Below are positions 33,828 through 47,476 of a DNA stretch of 64,000 nucleotides, piece by piece. The notes under the pieces are model-generated. The model searched no databases, was not told the origin of the DNA, and saw nothing but the letters and a program-made list of their open reading frames with translations. How positions within the stretch are numbered: position 1 is the first letter of the stretch; every line of letters begins with the position of its first letter. The stretch comes from Pristiophorus japonicus (lineage: Eukaryota), in NCBI RefSeq assembly GCF_044704955.1, contig NC_091995.1:86180001-86244000 (forward strand), written 5' to 3'. The position numbers and the translations under genes were made by a program.

Positions 33828-36714
33828 CTTTGCGTCTCTCTCGGGCACTCGAGTAGGTGACAAGTGTCGGGGAACTCCAGGAAAGTGACGGACTGTAACG
33901 GAGGGAAGAGCATACATACCAGCTAAAGGAGGTCACTGCTGTTAATCAGTGATCAGGATTTTGTAACAGTTTAAGTCCACTTGCAAATAACAGGTCAAAT
34001 AGGATGTGCAGCAGGCACGCGCTCAGTCCGTGCCGGAAGTGCGCCATACTCCATATTGGCAAGTTTGCCTCGTAGTCGTCCAGGGCGCCCACCTCAAAAG
34101 GGTGTTCGGCCCACTGCTGAAGCAAATCGGGAGGGCCTAAGGTCTGTTTCAGGCAACTTTGCCAAATTGGCCTGTGCCTTAGCACGTCATGCACCGTGTG
34201 TGCCACAGTCAGCTTTCCTGGCGCACAGCAGCCAAACCAGCGCTCCTTAAAGGAACTGCCATCCCAGAAAAAAAGGGAACGACTTGGATTTATATATCAT
34301 CTTTCACGGCCTCAGGACCTCCCAAAAGGCTTTACAGTCAATGAAGTACTTTTTGAAGTGTAGTCACTGTTGTAATATAGGAAATGCTGTTGCCAATTTG
34401 CGCACCGCAAGCTCCCACAAGCAGCAACGTGATAATGACCAGCTAATCTGTTTTAATTATGTTGATTGGGGATAAATACTGGTCAGGACAGGAGAGATAA
34501 CTCCCCTGCTCTTCTTCGAAATCATGTTATGGGATCTTTTACGTCCACATGAGAGGGCAGAATGTGCCATGGTTTAACATCTTATCCAAAAGACAGCACC
34601 TCTGACAGTGCAGCACTCCTTCAGCAATGCACTGGAGTGAGTTTTGAACCCACAACCTTCTGACTGAAAGGCAAGAGTGCTACTCACATAGCTGTGGCGG
34701 ACACTCAATGGCTCGCTTTTATCCCTCCTTACTCTTAATGCGGAATGAATGGTGTAAAGGAGACAATGAATCTGCTGAGATTTCAGAGCACTGGTATCAC
34801 TGAACTTCCATCAACCCTTTCTTAACTAAGCTGCAACTAGCCTAGGATTTCAGCATGACACGAGCGAACCTTGGCCCTTGAATGACGTAGGAAGAATTGA
34901 TAGTCTGTTCTCCAATCGTTTTCATCATCTCAGTACAGATAAGATTAACCGAAGTTTGCAGAACTAGTTCCACCTGGCACTGGCTGACAGCTGGTGCCAA
35001 AGTCCTTTCTGTTTGCCCCAGTGAGGATGGGAGATATTTGCATGTGGTTTCCGATCAATGACAACACCTATGTTGGTACAAGCCTGTGATTGCACATACA
35101 AAGGATATCAAAGGGTGGATGCAAGCAAAAGCTCTGCATGCACAGAATTAGAAAAGGAGAAGGAAATACACTCGTGTGGTGGAAAAGGTATATTTTTATT
35201 GAGCGCAATTTACCCATCACCCCCTGTGCTCACTGACCTGCATTGGCTTCCGGTTACGCAACGCCTCGATTTTAAATGCCTCCATGGCCACGCCCCTCCC
35301 TATCTCTGTAATCTCCTCCAGCCCCACCACCACCCGCCCCCCCCGAGACATCTGTGCTCCTCTAATTCTGTGCTCTTGAGAATCCCTGATTATAATCACT
35401 CAACCATTGGCGGTCGTATATTCTGTTGCCTAGGCCCCAAGCTCTGGAACTCCCTGCCTAAGCCTCTCCGCCTCTCTACCTCTTTCCTCCTTCAAGACTC
35501 TCTTTAAAACATACTTTGTTGACCAGGTTTTTGGTCACCTGCGCTAATTTCTACTTATGCAGTTCAGTGTCAAATTGTTTCATCTCATAATAGTCCTGTG
35601 AAGCGCCATGGGACGTTTCACTATGTCAAAGGCGCTATATAAAAACAAATAGTGGTGTTATTGTGGCGTGCTGTTTACATTACAACAGTGACATCACTTC
35701 AAAAAGTGCTTCATTGGCTGTTAAAGCCTTGGGGTGCCCTGAGGTCATGAGTAGCCTTTTTTTTTGCACTCGCGTTTTGAATGTCTCTCTGCACCTGCCC
35801 GCCCTGGACTCCGCCCATACGCCTACGCATTCGCACCACCGCCCCCTGAGGTGGATATGGGGCAGTAATTGGACTGGGGCGGTCAGGAACATCCTGGGTG
35901 TGTCAGGAACTTGGTCTGGGGGATGGGGCAGGAACTTGGGCGGGGAGGAGGGAGCTCTATCCTGTCTGGAGTCGACAGTCAGAATGGCTCGAATTACACT
36001 TTGCAAAGTCACTGAGAACTTAGGCTGGGCAGTTCTAATTATACATTCCAGGGAAACTGCTGGGTGTGTCTTATCCTCCAAGGGGATTAATCAGCAACAG
36101 GTCATGCGATCACGGAAAGCCAATCAGACAGAGCATTTTGCTCGTGCACATAAGTGTATCCTTTTCTTTAAAACATTTTTATGGGTACTGAGCAATAGCT
36201 GTACCTTTATCAATGCCCTGACTAGGGTCAGGTAATTCAGCACACACCAGAGATTGAACCTAGGTCCTTTTTGGTCGATGAGAGAGTGACTTTACCTCTG
36301 AATCATCTGAGTGGCTCATTCAGATGTGAGTCATTCGCATATTTGACATTAGGCTGAAACTCGATCCCCGTTGTCACGTGTATTCTAACTCACAGCAAGT
36401 CCTGCTCATCCATTGCCCCTGCGCTCACCGACCTACATTGGCTCCCGGTCAGGCAACACCTCAATTTTAAAATTCTCCTCCTTGTGTTCAAATCCCTCCA
36501 GGGCCTCGCCCCCTCTCTCCTCCAGCCCACAACCCCCCGAGATCTCTGCGCTCCACCAATTTTAGCCTCTTGAACATCCCTGATTATAATGGCTCAACCA
36601 TTGGTGGCTATGCCTTCAGCTAGCTAGGCCCTAAGCTCTGGAATTCCCTCCGTAAACCTCTTCACCTCTCGACCTTTATCTTTTTTATTCAGCATTTTGC
36701 CAGCTCCATATGTG

Positions 36715-38445
36715 GATCGGCTCGTCTGAAGCACCGTCTTCTACTACTCGATTAAGGACCAAAATGGTAACCTATGTGTGAAGGTGGAGGATGTGGGTCA
36801 TGTACTTAATGAATACTTTGCTGCTAACTTCACAAAAGATGGGGATGATGCCAACGTTGAAATTAAGGAGGAAGAGAATGAAATATTGGATGGGATAAAC
36901 ATAGTAAGAGGGGCAGTATTAAGGGGTTTAGCATCTTTGAAAGTAGACAAATCACCAGGACCAGAGAAAATATATCCTAGGCTATTAAAAGCTGCAAGGG
37001 AGGACATTGCGGAGGCTCTGACCATCATTTTCCAAACCTCCCTGACAACAGGAATGGTGCCAGAGGATTGGAGAACTGCGAACATTGTACAATTGTTTAA
37101 AAAGTAAGGAAGGGATAAACTGAGTAATTGCAGGTGAGTTAGTTCAACCTCGGTGTTGGGCAAATTATTGGAATCAATTCTGAGGGACAGTATAAACCTT
37201 CATTTAGAAAGACACAGATTAATCAAGGACAGTCAGCCTGGATTTGTTAAGGGAAGGTCGTGTCTGACTAACTTGATTAAATATTTTGAGGAGGTAACAA
37301 GGAGGGTCGATGAGGGCAGTGCGTTTGATATAGTCTACATGGATTTTATCAAGGCTTTTGACAAGGTCCCACATGGCAGGCCGATCAAAAAAGTAAAAGC
37401 CCATGGGATCCAGGGGAGAGTGGCAAATTGGATCCAAAATTGGCTCAGTGGCAGGAAGCAAAGGGTAATGGTTGACCGGTGTTTTTGCAACTGAAAGGCT
37501 ATTTCCAGTGGGGTTCCACAGGTCTCAGTACAAGGTCCCTTACTTTTTGTAGCATATTAATTATTTAGACTTCACTGTAGGGAGCATGATAAAGAAATTT
37601 GTAGATGATACAAAAATTGTTCGTGTGGAGGAAAGTGGCAAATGGAATTCAGTCCGGAAAAGTGTGAGGTAACGCATTTGGGGAGGGGCAACAAGGCAAG
37701 AGAATACACAATAAATGGGAGGATACTAAAAGGTGTGGAGGAACGGAGGGACCTTGAAATGTATTCTACAGATCCTTAAATGTAGCAGGACAGGTCAACA
37801 AGATAGTTAAAAAGGCATACGGAATGATTTCCTTGATGAGCAGAGGCATAGAATATAAGAGCAGAGAAGTTATGCTAGAACTATATACAACACGAGTTAG
37901 GCCACAGTTTGAGTACTGCATGCAGTTGTGGTCACCACATTATATGAAAGATGTGATTACACCAGAGACGGTGCAGACAAGATTTACGTGGATGTTGCCA
38001 GGACTGGAAAATTTTAGCTATGAGGAAAGCTTGGATAGGCTGGGGTTGTTTTCCTTGGAACAGCGGAGGCTGAGGGGAGATATAATTGAGGTGTATAAAA
38101 TTATGAGGGGCCCAGCTGGAGTGGATAGGAAGGTCTTATTTCCCTTAACAAAGAAGTCAATAACCAGAGGGCATAGATTTAAAGTAGCGGTTGGAAGGAT
38201 TAGAAGGGAGATGAGGAAAAATAATTTCGCCCAGAGGGTGGTGGGGGTATGGAACTCACTGCCTGAGAGGGTGGTAGTGGCAGAAAACATCATCACATTT
38301 AAAAAGTACTTGGCTGTGCACTTAAAGAGCTGTAATCTACAGGGCTACGGATCTAGTGCTGAAAGGATTAGGCTGGGTAATGCTTTTTTGACTGGCATGG
38401 GCACAATGGCTTCCTTCTGTGTTGTAATTTTTCTATAATTCTATG
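36715..38445 (+). mobile_element. CR1 LINE ORF2 RT / 3' end, decayed
   Basis: KSPGP...[42 protein letters not shown]; ttctat-type tail. Confidence 0.9.
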
Positions 38446-38503
38446 ATAACTATATTAACCCTTGATTCCTGATTATTAGGTTTCCTGATGAGCTATGTAT
38501 TTG

Positions 38504-38544
38504 CTATAGCTCTCTCTGATATACCATATCAGAGAGAGCTATAG
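38504..38544. repeat. Perfect 19-bp inverted repeat with 3-nt loop at the duplication junction
   Basis: ctatagctctctctgatat-acc-atatcagagagagctatag. Confidence 0.95.
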
Positions 38545-38547
38545 TCA

Positions 38548-39696
38548 GGCAGACACCAATCGGGAGCACACAGATCCAGCGAGCTACCCAATGCTTTAGC
38601 ATGTGTCCCGGGGACGAGGGCGTCCTGGGGACCAGAATTATGCACCATGGGGTGTGGCCACAAGCAGCTAATACACACGAGCTGCAGAGCAAGCGATCTC
38701 AGCAGGGTAACGGCACCAGTATCGAAACCCTGCCCCCGATCGGCTCCACCTCTCAGGCACCCAATGGCACCAACCGCCAAGAGCCTGAAAGAGCAAACTG
38801 TGCTAAGGCCCCATCTCCACCAAGGCCATACCCGGAAATGAAGGGCCACCCGCCATAGTTCCCCCAAAGGGGACCGGGACCAGACAGGATACCAAACCAA
38901 ACAACGCCCAGGCTATAATTCAGCAGTTCCCTGTGCACTACTAGACAACAGCTCCTGAGGGAGCAGCAGTGACTCAGGGCGCAAAGAAAGAACAGGGAGG
39001 TCACAGGCATCTGTGAACCTGCCCGACGCTAGGAACCACAGCAACAGCCCCAAGAGCAGGCAACTTGAGCTAACTGCGTTCCCACTGCCAGCACTGGGCA
39101 CCGCGCTGCCACCAGACTGCAGGGACACCATCCAGCAATTCTGGAACTAGTTTGTCCTTACGCACCGGTCACTGCATCAGTAATGTACATCACCAGTCGA
39201 ACGTACTTGTCTCACAACAGAACTACAAATGTAATGCAAACTTGTTTTTCTGAACTTGAATGTACATGAATGCAATGAGCCTCCAGCATAATCTATATGT
39301 GGGGGGTGGGGAGAATGGAGTGTTCAGGAACACACACAAACAGCAACCACCAACCACTCACCCAAGATTGAAACGACCTTGCAAGGGTCAACCAGATAGA
39401 CCCCAAATAGAACTAAGCCCAGAGCACAATCAATGCAGAGGCGATTTGCATTAAAGGCTTAGGGGAGAGTGATGTCATGTATCATACATGGCTCCTATTG
39501 GTACTATCACAAGGTGTGCCACCAGAGGGCACAGCAGTGGGAGACTTGTAGGTTACCTGTACAGGTGTGCCTGGCCTAGTATAAAAGGCAGGCCACCAGG
39601 TGTGATCCTCACTCTGGAGTTAACAAATAAAGGATGATGGTCAAGTACAACACATTGCCACATGGAGTCATTATTAGAGTATGCAAGAACACAACA
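38548..39696 (+). mobile_element. 3' part of Gypsy-1 (duplicated copy) with 3' LTR 39473-39696
   Basis: Matches 3061-4237; followed by the TGGGT TSD. Confidence 0.88.
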
Positions 39697-39999
39697 TGGG
39701 TGTTACTCATTGGTTTGCTGAAGCACCAGACGGAGTTACGATCTTAAATGAAAAAGTGAAGCTCTTGGGACCTGTGTGTTGTCTGTTCAGCTCGGCCCCT
39801 TGCTGGGCACACAGAATGTAAATTGTTCCAGCATCAGAGTGCCAACAGCTATGGTATGGAAAGCAACTTCCCATTATTCATAATTAACATTCTAAGGCCC
39901 CGAACTTGGCGAAAGCAAGTTCTGCCCAAGTGCTGCCCAAGTGGCACTCCACCAAACAACGCGAGAGGGAGAGCCCAAATACCGACTCACCTGAAGACA

Positions 40000-41908
40000 A
40001 AAAGTAGAAAGAACCAAAATCAAAGTTTGATGTCACAGGAAAGAAAGGAAGTGATTTGTTGGTGCGTTTTTCTCTCATTTCTGTGGCATTGGTTTGAATT
40101 AAGAGCTGGGATTAAAAACAAAACATGAAAACTTAATTAACAAAATACATTAAAGATGTCAGGATAGGCGGTGTGTTTCTGCTGTTGCATGTGGGAACTG
40201 GTTGACCCCATTGAAGTCCACGGCGACCACATCTGCAGTAAGTGTCTGCAGCTCGAGGAACTTCGGCTCCTTGTTGATGAGCTGGTGTCCGAGCTGCGGG
40301 CACCACGACATATAAGGGAGTGGGAGAGTTACCTGGATGCTGTGTTCCAGGAGGCAGTCACATGCCTTAGATTAATTAATTCAAATTTGGTCCATGCTCA
40401 GGGACAGGAGGGTGTGACTACAAGCGAGGCAGGTAAGGGGACCCAGGATGTAGTGATGGAGGAACCTCAGCCCTTGCTCTTGTCCAACAGATTCGAGGCT
40501 CTTACTCCCTGTGTAGACGAGAGCAGGGACTGCAGGGAGGATGAGTAAACTGACCACAGCACCATGGTACAGGGGGCCATTCAAGTGGGGGGAGTAATAA
40601 GAAACGTTGTAGTGGTAGGAGACAGTATTGTTAGAGGGATAGATGCTGTTCTCTGCAGCTGAGAGCGTGAGTCCCGAAAGCTGTGTTGCTGACCCGGTGC
40701 CAGGGTTAAGGAAATCTTCTTTGGGCTGGATAGGAACTTGGAGTGAGAGGGAGAAGATCCAGTTGCCATGGGTAACGTGGGTACCAAGACAGATAGGACA
40801 AAGAAAGAGGTTCTGCTGCGAAAGTATGAGCAGCTCGGGGCCAAATTAAAAAGCAGAACCACAAAGGTAATAATCTCTAAATTACTACCTGAGCCATGAG
40901 CAAATTTGCATAGGGTAAATAAGATCAGAGAGTTAAACACGTGGCTCAAAGACTGGTGTGGGAAAAATGGGTTTTGGTTTTTGGGGCACTGGCACCAGTA
41001 CTGAGGTAAGAGGGAGCTGTTCTGTTGGGACGGGCTCCACTTAGACCGTGCTGGGACTAGGGTCCTGACAAATCAAATAACTAGGGCTGTAGAGAGGGCT
41101 TTAAACTAATTCGTGGGGGGGGAGGATTCAGGTGGGCGAAAATGTAAAAAGTCAAAGAATAAGGCGAAGGTAATGGAGTAGGGCAGCACTGGGGAAAATG
41201 AAACCAGAGCATGCCAGGAAGGGACAGAATGTATAAACATAACGGCGAATCAGAAAGTGGGGGTCAAAGCAGGGGAAAATGGTAAAAAAACAAATTTAAA
41301 AGCTCTTTATCTGAATGCACGTCGCATTCGTAACAAAATAGATGAATTGACGGCAGTAATAGATACAAATGGGTATGATCTGTCGGTCATTACAGAGACG
41401 TGGTTGGAAGGTGATCTGGACTGGGAACTAAATATTCAGGGGTATTTGACAATTCGGAAGGACAGACAGAAAGGAAAAGGAGGTGGGGTAGCACTGTTAA
41501 TAAAGGATGAGATCAGTGCATTAGCGAGAAATTATATTGGCTCAGAAGATCAAGATGTTGAATCGGTTTGGGTGGAGATAAGGAATAATGAGGGGGAAAA
41601 GTCGCTCGTGAGTGTAGTCTATAGGCCCCCTAGCAGTAGCTACACCGTTGGACGGAGTATAAATCAAGAAATAATGGAGGCTTGTAAAAAATGAATGGCA
41701 ATAATCATGGATGATTTCAACCTTCATATTGATTGGACAAAGCAAATTGTCCAGGGTAGCCTTGATGAAGAGTTCATAGAGTGTATCCGGGATAGTTTCC
41801 TTGAACAGTACGTTGTGGAACCAACCAGGAAGCAGGCTATCCTAGATCTGCTATTGTGTAATGAGGCAGGATTAATAAATGATCTTGTAGTAAAGGATCC
41901 TTTAGGAC
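40000..41908 (+). mobile_element. CR1 LINE 5' portion, duplicated copy
   Basis: Near-identical to 4540-6448 (ORFs 40171..40548 and 41257..41694). Confidence 0.88.
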
Positions 41909-44051
41909 CTGCCCGCTTCCCTCCGCACAGGATGTCCCAAGATCAGGAGCGTGGGACTGAAGCACAATCAGAATTTGAGGAGCAGCCCCTTCAAATATTG
42001 GAACAGGGACTGCAACCTCTCACATTCAACATAAATATGGAACACGGACTCTTCCAGACAGCAGAAATTACAGGCGGCCTGGGATTCCATGAACCGACTT
42101 AAAAAACGATTGCACAGGACTGCCCCTTGCAACACTCTTCAGGCCAAGTCCCCAATAGCAACAGCTCTACAAACCTGTGAGCATACTCAAGGTTATGCTC
42201 ATTACACTATCTTTCAATAAAAAGTTTATCATTTAACAATACTTTTCATTGCCAGTTTTTGGTGACTGTTGCTCATTGCAATACAATACCATTTAGTTAA
42301 TGATTTTATTGGTACCATTACCTGCCACATCAGCAAGTCAAACTCCTGTGACTACCTCAAGATAGATGGTGTAAACCAGGACAGCAGGAAACTGACTCAG
42401 TCATTACCAGATAAGGGAAGTGCTTCATCTTATTGGCATCTACTTGCAAAATGTTAGCTCCCCTTGGGAACATGGGAATGTAGAGGAACATCCTTCTCAT
42501 CCTTGTTTACAAATACCTCCATGGCCTTGCTCCTCCCTATCTCTGTAATCTCCTTCAGCCTCACAACCCCCCGAGATATCTGCGCTCCTCAAATTCTACC
42601 CACTTGAGCATCTCTGATTATAACTGCTCAACCATTGGTGGCCGTGCCTTCAGCTGCCTGGGCCCTATGCTCTGGAACTCATTCCTGTAATGAATGCACA
42701 TGTGAGTATGCTCACAGGTTTAGAGCTGGTGACAACAAAATAGTTGTAGAGCTGGTGAGTTGGGAGTGGCTTAGCCAGTCACGTAATGTTCACAAGACTC
42801 AATAAAACCCCAGCCAGTTGGGTTCAGGGGATCCACGATGAGGCGGGTGGTTGTGAGCCTGGTGGATGAACTGATAATGTGTAGTGTGGTTGTTAAACCT
42901 CTGCTAATAAACCAACTAGTTCTTAATAGCAGTGTGTTGCTATGAATTCTTAAGCAAAGAACCCATGAAGCAAATACATTACAACTCCCTAAACCTCTCC
43001 GCATCTCTACTTCTCTTTCCTCCTTTAAGACGCATCTTAAAATATACCTTTTTGACAAAGCTTTTGGTCATCTGCCGTAATTTCTTCTTCTGTGGCTCGG
43101 TGTCAAATTTATTTGTTTTGTCTTATAACACTCCTGTGAAGCGCCTTGGGATGTTTTACTATGTTAAAGGTGCTATATAAATATAAGTTGTTGTTGTTGA
43201 GCAGAGAGGCAGTTGTGATGGATCTGACCACTCCCATCTTGTCAATTGGAAAGTGGCTTGGATCAAAAATGATTGACAAGCCTGGGCGAAGGGTCAGGCC
43301 CACAGTGTAGGACAGCAGCCAGCTTGGAGAGAGGAGGAGAGAAGCTCAAGGAGCAGCAGTTAGGTGATACCAAGCTTGGCTTTTAAAAGTTTCTGGCCTA
43401 CAAATTAATGGGCTCCGCGCCCATTTTACAGGCGTAAAATGGGTGCCTAAGTGTCCACTATGGCAGACAAATTCCATGCCAGAATGTGCCGCCCACCATA
43501 TTGGTAAAGGCTGATATATAGGCATCCAGGATTAGCCCCTGAAATGGGCGTTAGGCCCTTGGTGTATGCAAATAGGGGGCCTAATACCTGTTGATACCAC
43601 CCTTGCCTGAGTCAGCAGATTGTGGATTTAATTCCCACTCCAGAGACTTGCGCACATAAAATCTAGGCTGACTCTCCCAGTTCACTGCTGAGGGAACGCT
43701 GCACTGTCGGAGGTGCCGTCTTTCGGATGAGACATTAAACCGAGGCCTCGTCTGCTCTCTCACGTGGACCAAAAAGATCCCATTGCATTATTTTGAGCAA
43801 GAGCAGCGGAGTTATCCTGGATGTCCTGCGTTAATATTTAAGCCTCATTCAACATCACTAAAACAGATTATCTGGTCATTATCACACTGCTGTTTGCAGG
43901 ATCTTGCTGTGTGCAAGTTGGCTGCTGTATTTCCTACAGTGACTACACTTCAAAAAAAGTATTTCATTAGCTGCAATGCAATGTCTGGTGGACGTGTAAG
44001 ACACTATATAAATGCAAGTCTTTCGTTGGGGAGGATATTCCAGAGCATGGA

Positions 44052-47000
44052 CCCAAGGAATCCCAGCATCCCTTGGGAACACTGTAAATCTGCAGGCGAG
44101 CTGCAAACCATGACGTTGCAGAGGAAGATCGATCCACTGTGGATCAGGCTGAATTGGAGACTCGAACCGAGGAGGCAGAAGTGTACAGGGTACACATGTT
44201 CACCATGAAATGTCCACCAATAATGTTAAAAGTTGAACTGAACGGTATTCTGGTATCCATGGACCTGGACACGGGTACGAGCCAGTCCACGATGAGCAAA
44301 AAGGCCTTCAACAGGCTGTGGTGCAACAAGGCACACAGGCCCAAGCTGAGTACCATTCACACCAAGCTAAGAACTTACACCAAGGAACTGATCCCTGTAA
44401 TTGGCAGTGCAGAAGTCAAAGTCTCCTATGATGCACGAACTCCCCCTGTGGATTGTGTCAGGGTATGTTTGGCACAAGCTGGCTGGGAAAAATCCGCTGG
44501 AACTGGGATGACATCCGAGCGCTTTCGTCCGCCGCCGACGCCTCATGTGCCCAGGTTCTGAGCAGATTTCCATCGTTGTTCGAGCCAGGCATTGGAAGCT
44601 TCTCAGGGGCGAAAGTGCAGATCCATTTGGTTCCCGGTACGCGACCCATCCACCACAAGGCACGGGCGGTACCGTATATGATGCAAGAGAAAGTAAAAAT
44701 TGAGCTGGACAGGCTGCAGTGAGAATGCATCATCACGCTGGCGGAATTCAATGAGTGGGCCAGTCCGACTGTCCTGGTACTTAAAGGTGATGGCACAGTC
44801 AGAATTTGTGGGGACTATAAAGTAACAATTAACTGTTTTTCGCTGCAGGACCATTACCCGTTACCCAAGGCAGATGACCTATTTACGACCCTGGCTGGAG
44901 GAAAGACGTTCATCAAGTTGGACCTGACCTCAGCCTACATGACGCAGGAGTTGGAGGAATCTTCGAAAGACCTCACCTGCATCAACACGCACAAAGTTCT
45001 GTTCATCTATAACAGATGCCTGTTCGGGATTCGGTCGTCCGCGGCAATCTTACAACGGAACACGGAGAGCCTGCTAAAGTCGGTCCCTCGCATCGTGGTT
45101 TTTCAGGACGACATAATGGTTACAGGTCAGGACACCATTGAGCACTTGAAGAATCTGGAAGAGGTTCTTAGTCGGTTGGATCGCGTGGGACTCAGGTTGA
45201 AACGCTTGAAGTGTGTTTTCCTGCTGCCGGAGGTCAAGTTTTTGGGAAGAAGAATCGCAGCAGACGGCATCAGACCCACCGACGCCAAGACGGAGGCCAT
45301 CAAGAATGTGCCGAGGCCACAGAACGTGACGGAGCTGCGGTCGTCCCTGGGACTCCTCAACAATTTTGATCATTTCATACACGGGTTAAGCACCTTGCTA
45401 GAACCCCTACATGTGCTACTGCGCAAGGGAGCTGACTGGGTGTGGGGGAATTCACAAGAGGCTGCTTTGAGAAAGCCAAAAATCTGTTGTGTCCTGTATG
45501 ACCCATGTAAACTACTAGTGCTAGCTCGCGACGCGTCGACATACGGGGTTGGGTGTGTGTTACAACAGGCTAACGAATCGAGGATTTTGCAAACGGTTGC
45601 TTATGCGCCCAGGAATCTGTCCGAAAGGGCCTACAGCATGATTGAAAAGGAGGCTCTGGCGTGCGTTTACGGGGTAAAATAAATGCACCAGTACTCGTTT
45701 GGCCTCAAGTTTGAGCTTGAAACTGATCACAAGCCGCTCATGTTGCTATTCTCTGAGAGCAAAGGGATTAACACCAATGCCTCAGCCCACATCCAAAGAT
45801 GGGTGCTCACGCTGTCGGCATACAACTATGTAATCCGCCAAGACCGGGCACAGAGAACTGTGCTGATGCTCTCAGTCAGCTACCATTGCCCACAACCGGG
45901 GTGGAAATGGCACAGCCTGCAGACTTGCTCAAGGTAATGGATGCATTCGAAAACGAAAAGTCACCCATTACGGCCTGCCAGATCAGGACCTGGACCAGCC
46001 AGGATCCTTTACTGTCCTTGGTAAAAAAAACTATGTCCTCCATGGGAGCTGCTCCAGCGTCCCAGCGGACAAAATGTCCTTGCAGGCGGACTGTCTGTTG
46101 TGGGGTAATCGCGTGGTCTTGCCCAAGAAAGGCAGAGAAACGTTCATTCGTGACCTACACAGCACCCACCCAGGCATTGTAATGATAGCCAGATCCCATG
46201 TGTGGTGGCCCGGCATCGACTCAGATTTAGAGTCATGCGTGCGCCCATGCAACACTTGCTCTCAACTGAGCAATGCACCCAGAGAGGGACCACTAAGTTT
46301 GTGGTCGTGGCCCTCCAAACTGTGGTCGAGGATCCACGTTGACTATGCGGCCCATTTCTAGGCAAAATGTTCTTGGTTGTCGTGGATGCTTATTCAAAAT
46401 GGATTGAATGTGGAATAATGTCTGTAAACACGTCCACGGCCACCATTGAAAGCCTAAGAGCCATGTTTGCCAAACACGACCTGCCTGATGTCCTAGTCAG
46501 CGACAATGGGCCATGTTTCACCAGTGCTGAATTCAAAGAATTCATGACCCGCAATGGAATCAAGCACGTCACATCTGCCCCGTTCAAGCCCGCATCCAAT
46601 GGCCAGGCAGAACGGGCAGTTCAGACCATCAAGCAAAGCTTGAAATGCGTGTCGGAAAGCTCCCTGCAACCAGCTGTCCCGAGTGCTGCTCAGCTACTGC
46701 ACCAGACCCCACTCACTCACCGGGATTCCCCCAGCTGAGCTGCTCATGAAAAGGGCGCTCAAAACAAGGCTCTCTCTTATCCATCTGATCTCCATGATCA
46801 CATGGAGGGCAGGCAGCATCAACGAAGTATGTACCATGACCGCGCAAATTTGTCACGCGATATTGAGGTCAATGATCCTGTGTTTGTACTCAATTATGGA
46901 CATGGTCCCACATGACTTGCTGGCACGATCATAGCCAAAGAAGGGAGTAGGGTGTTTCAGGTCAAATTGGCCAATGGACTAACGTGCAGAAAACATTTGG

Positions 47001-47476
47001 ACCAAATCAAATTGCGGTTCACCAACAGCTACGAACAATTCGAAGAAGACACCACCAACTTTGACCTTCCAACACACACACACAAGTGGCAACCGACATC
47101 ATGGTTGACCACAAAGCCAAACTCACCATCCCCAGAAGCCTGGCAAGGCCGACTGCCCAGCAGCCCAGCGAAGAACTAACCAAATCACCCACATCCGCAT
47201 TTGTACCGAGACGATCGACAAGGAAGCGAAAAGCCCCAGATCGTCTCACCTTGTAAAAAAGTGTACTATTGACTTTACGAGGGAGTGATGTTATGTATTT
47301 AACCCTTGGCAACCTGTATCACACCACAACCAGAGGGCCTACCTGTTGGAGTCCCAAGGGAGCACTGTATATAAGCAGGTCACCCATGCGGTACCTGCAG
47401 TCTTATTAAAGGAGCTAATGTCACACTTACTCATTGCTCACAGTACTCAGTTTCATTCTTTATTATGAGCTTATCA
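44052..47476 (+). mobile_element. Gypsy-2 duplicated copy, 5' deleted (35-bp LTR remnant, most of gag lost)
   Basis: Matches about 11998-12032, then 12953-16328; 3' LTR 47289-47476 followed by GTAAC. Confidence 0.92.

Larger units (their letters stand above)
3061..33916. repeat. Recent tandem segmental duplication, copy 1 (unit possibly extends to 38547)
   Basis: Co-linear, high-identity match to 38548-64000, including the same TE insertions. The offset falls from about 35.5 kb to about 30.1 kb through internal indels. Confidence 0.93.
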
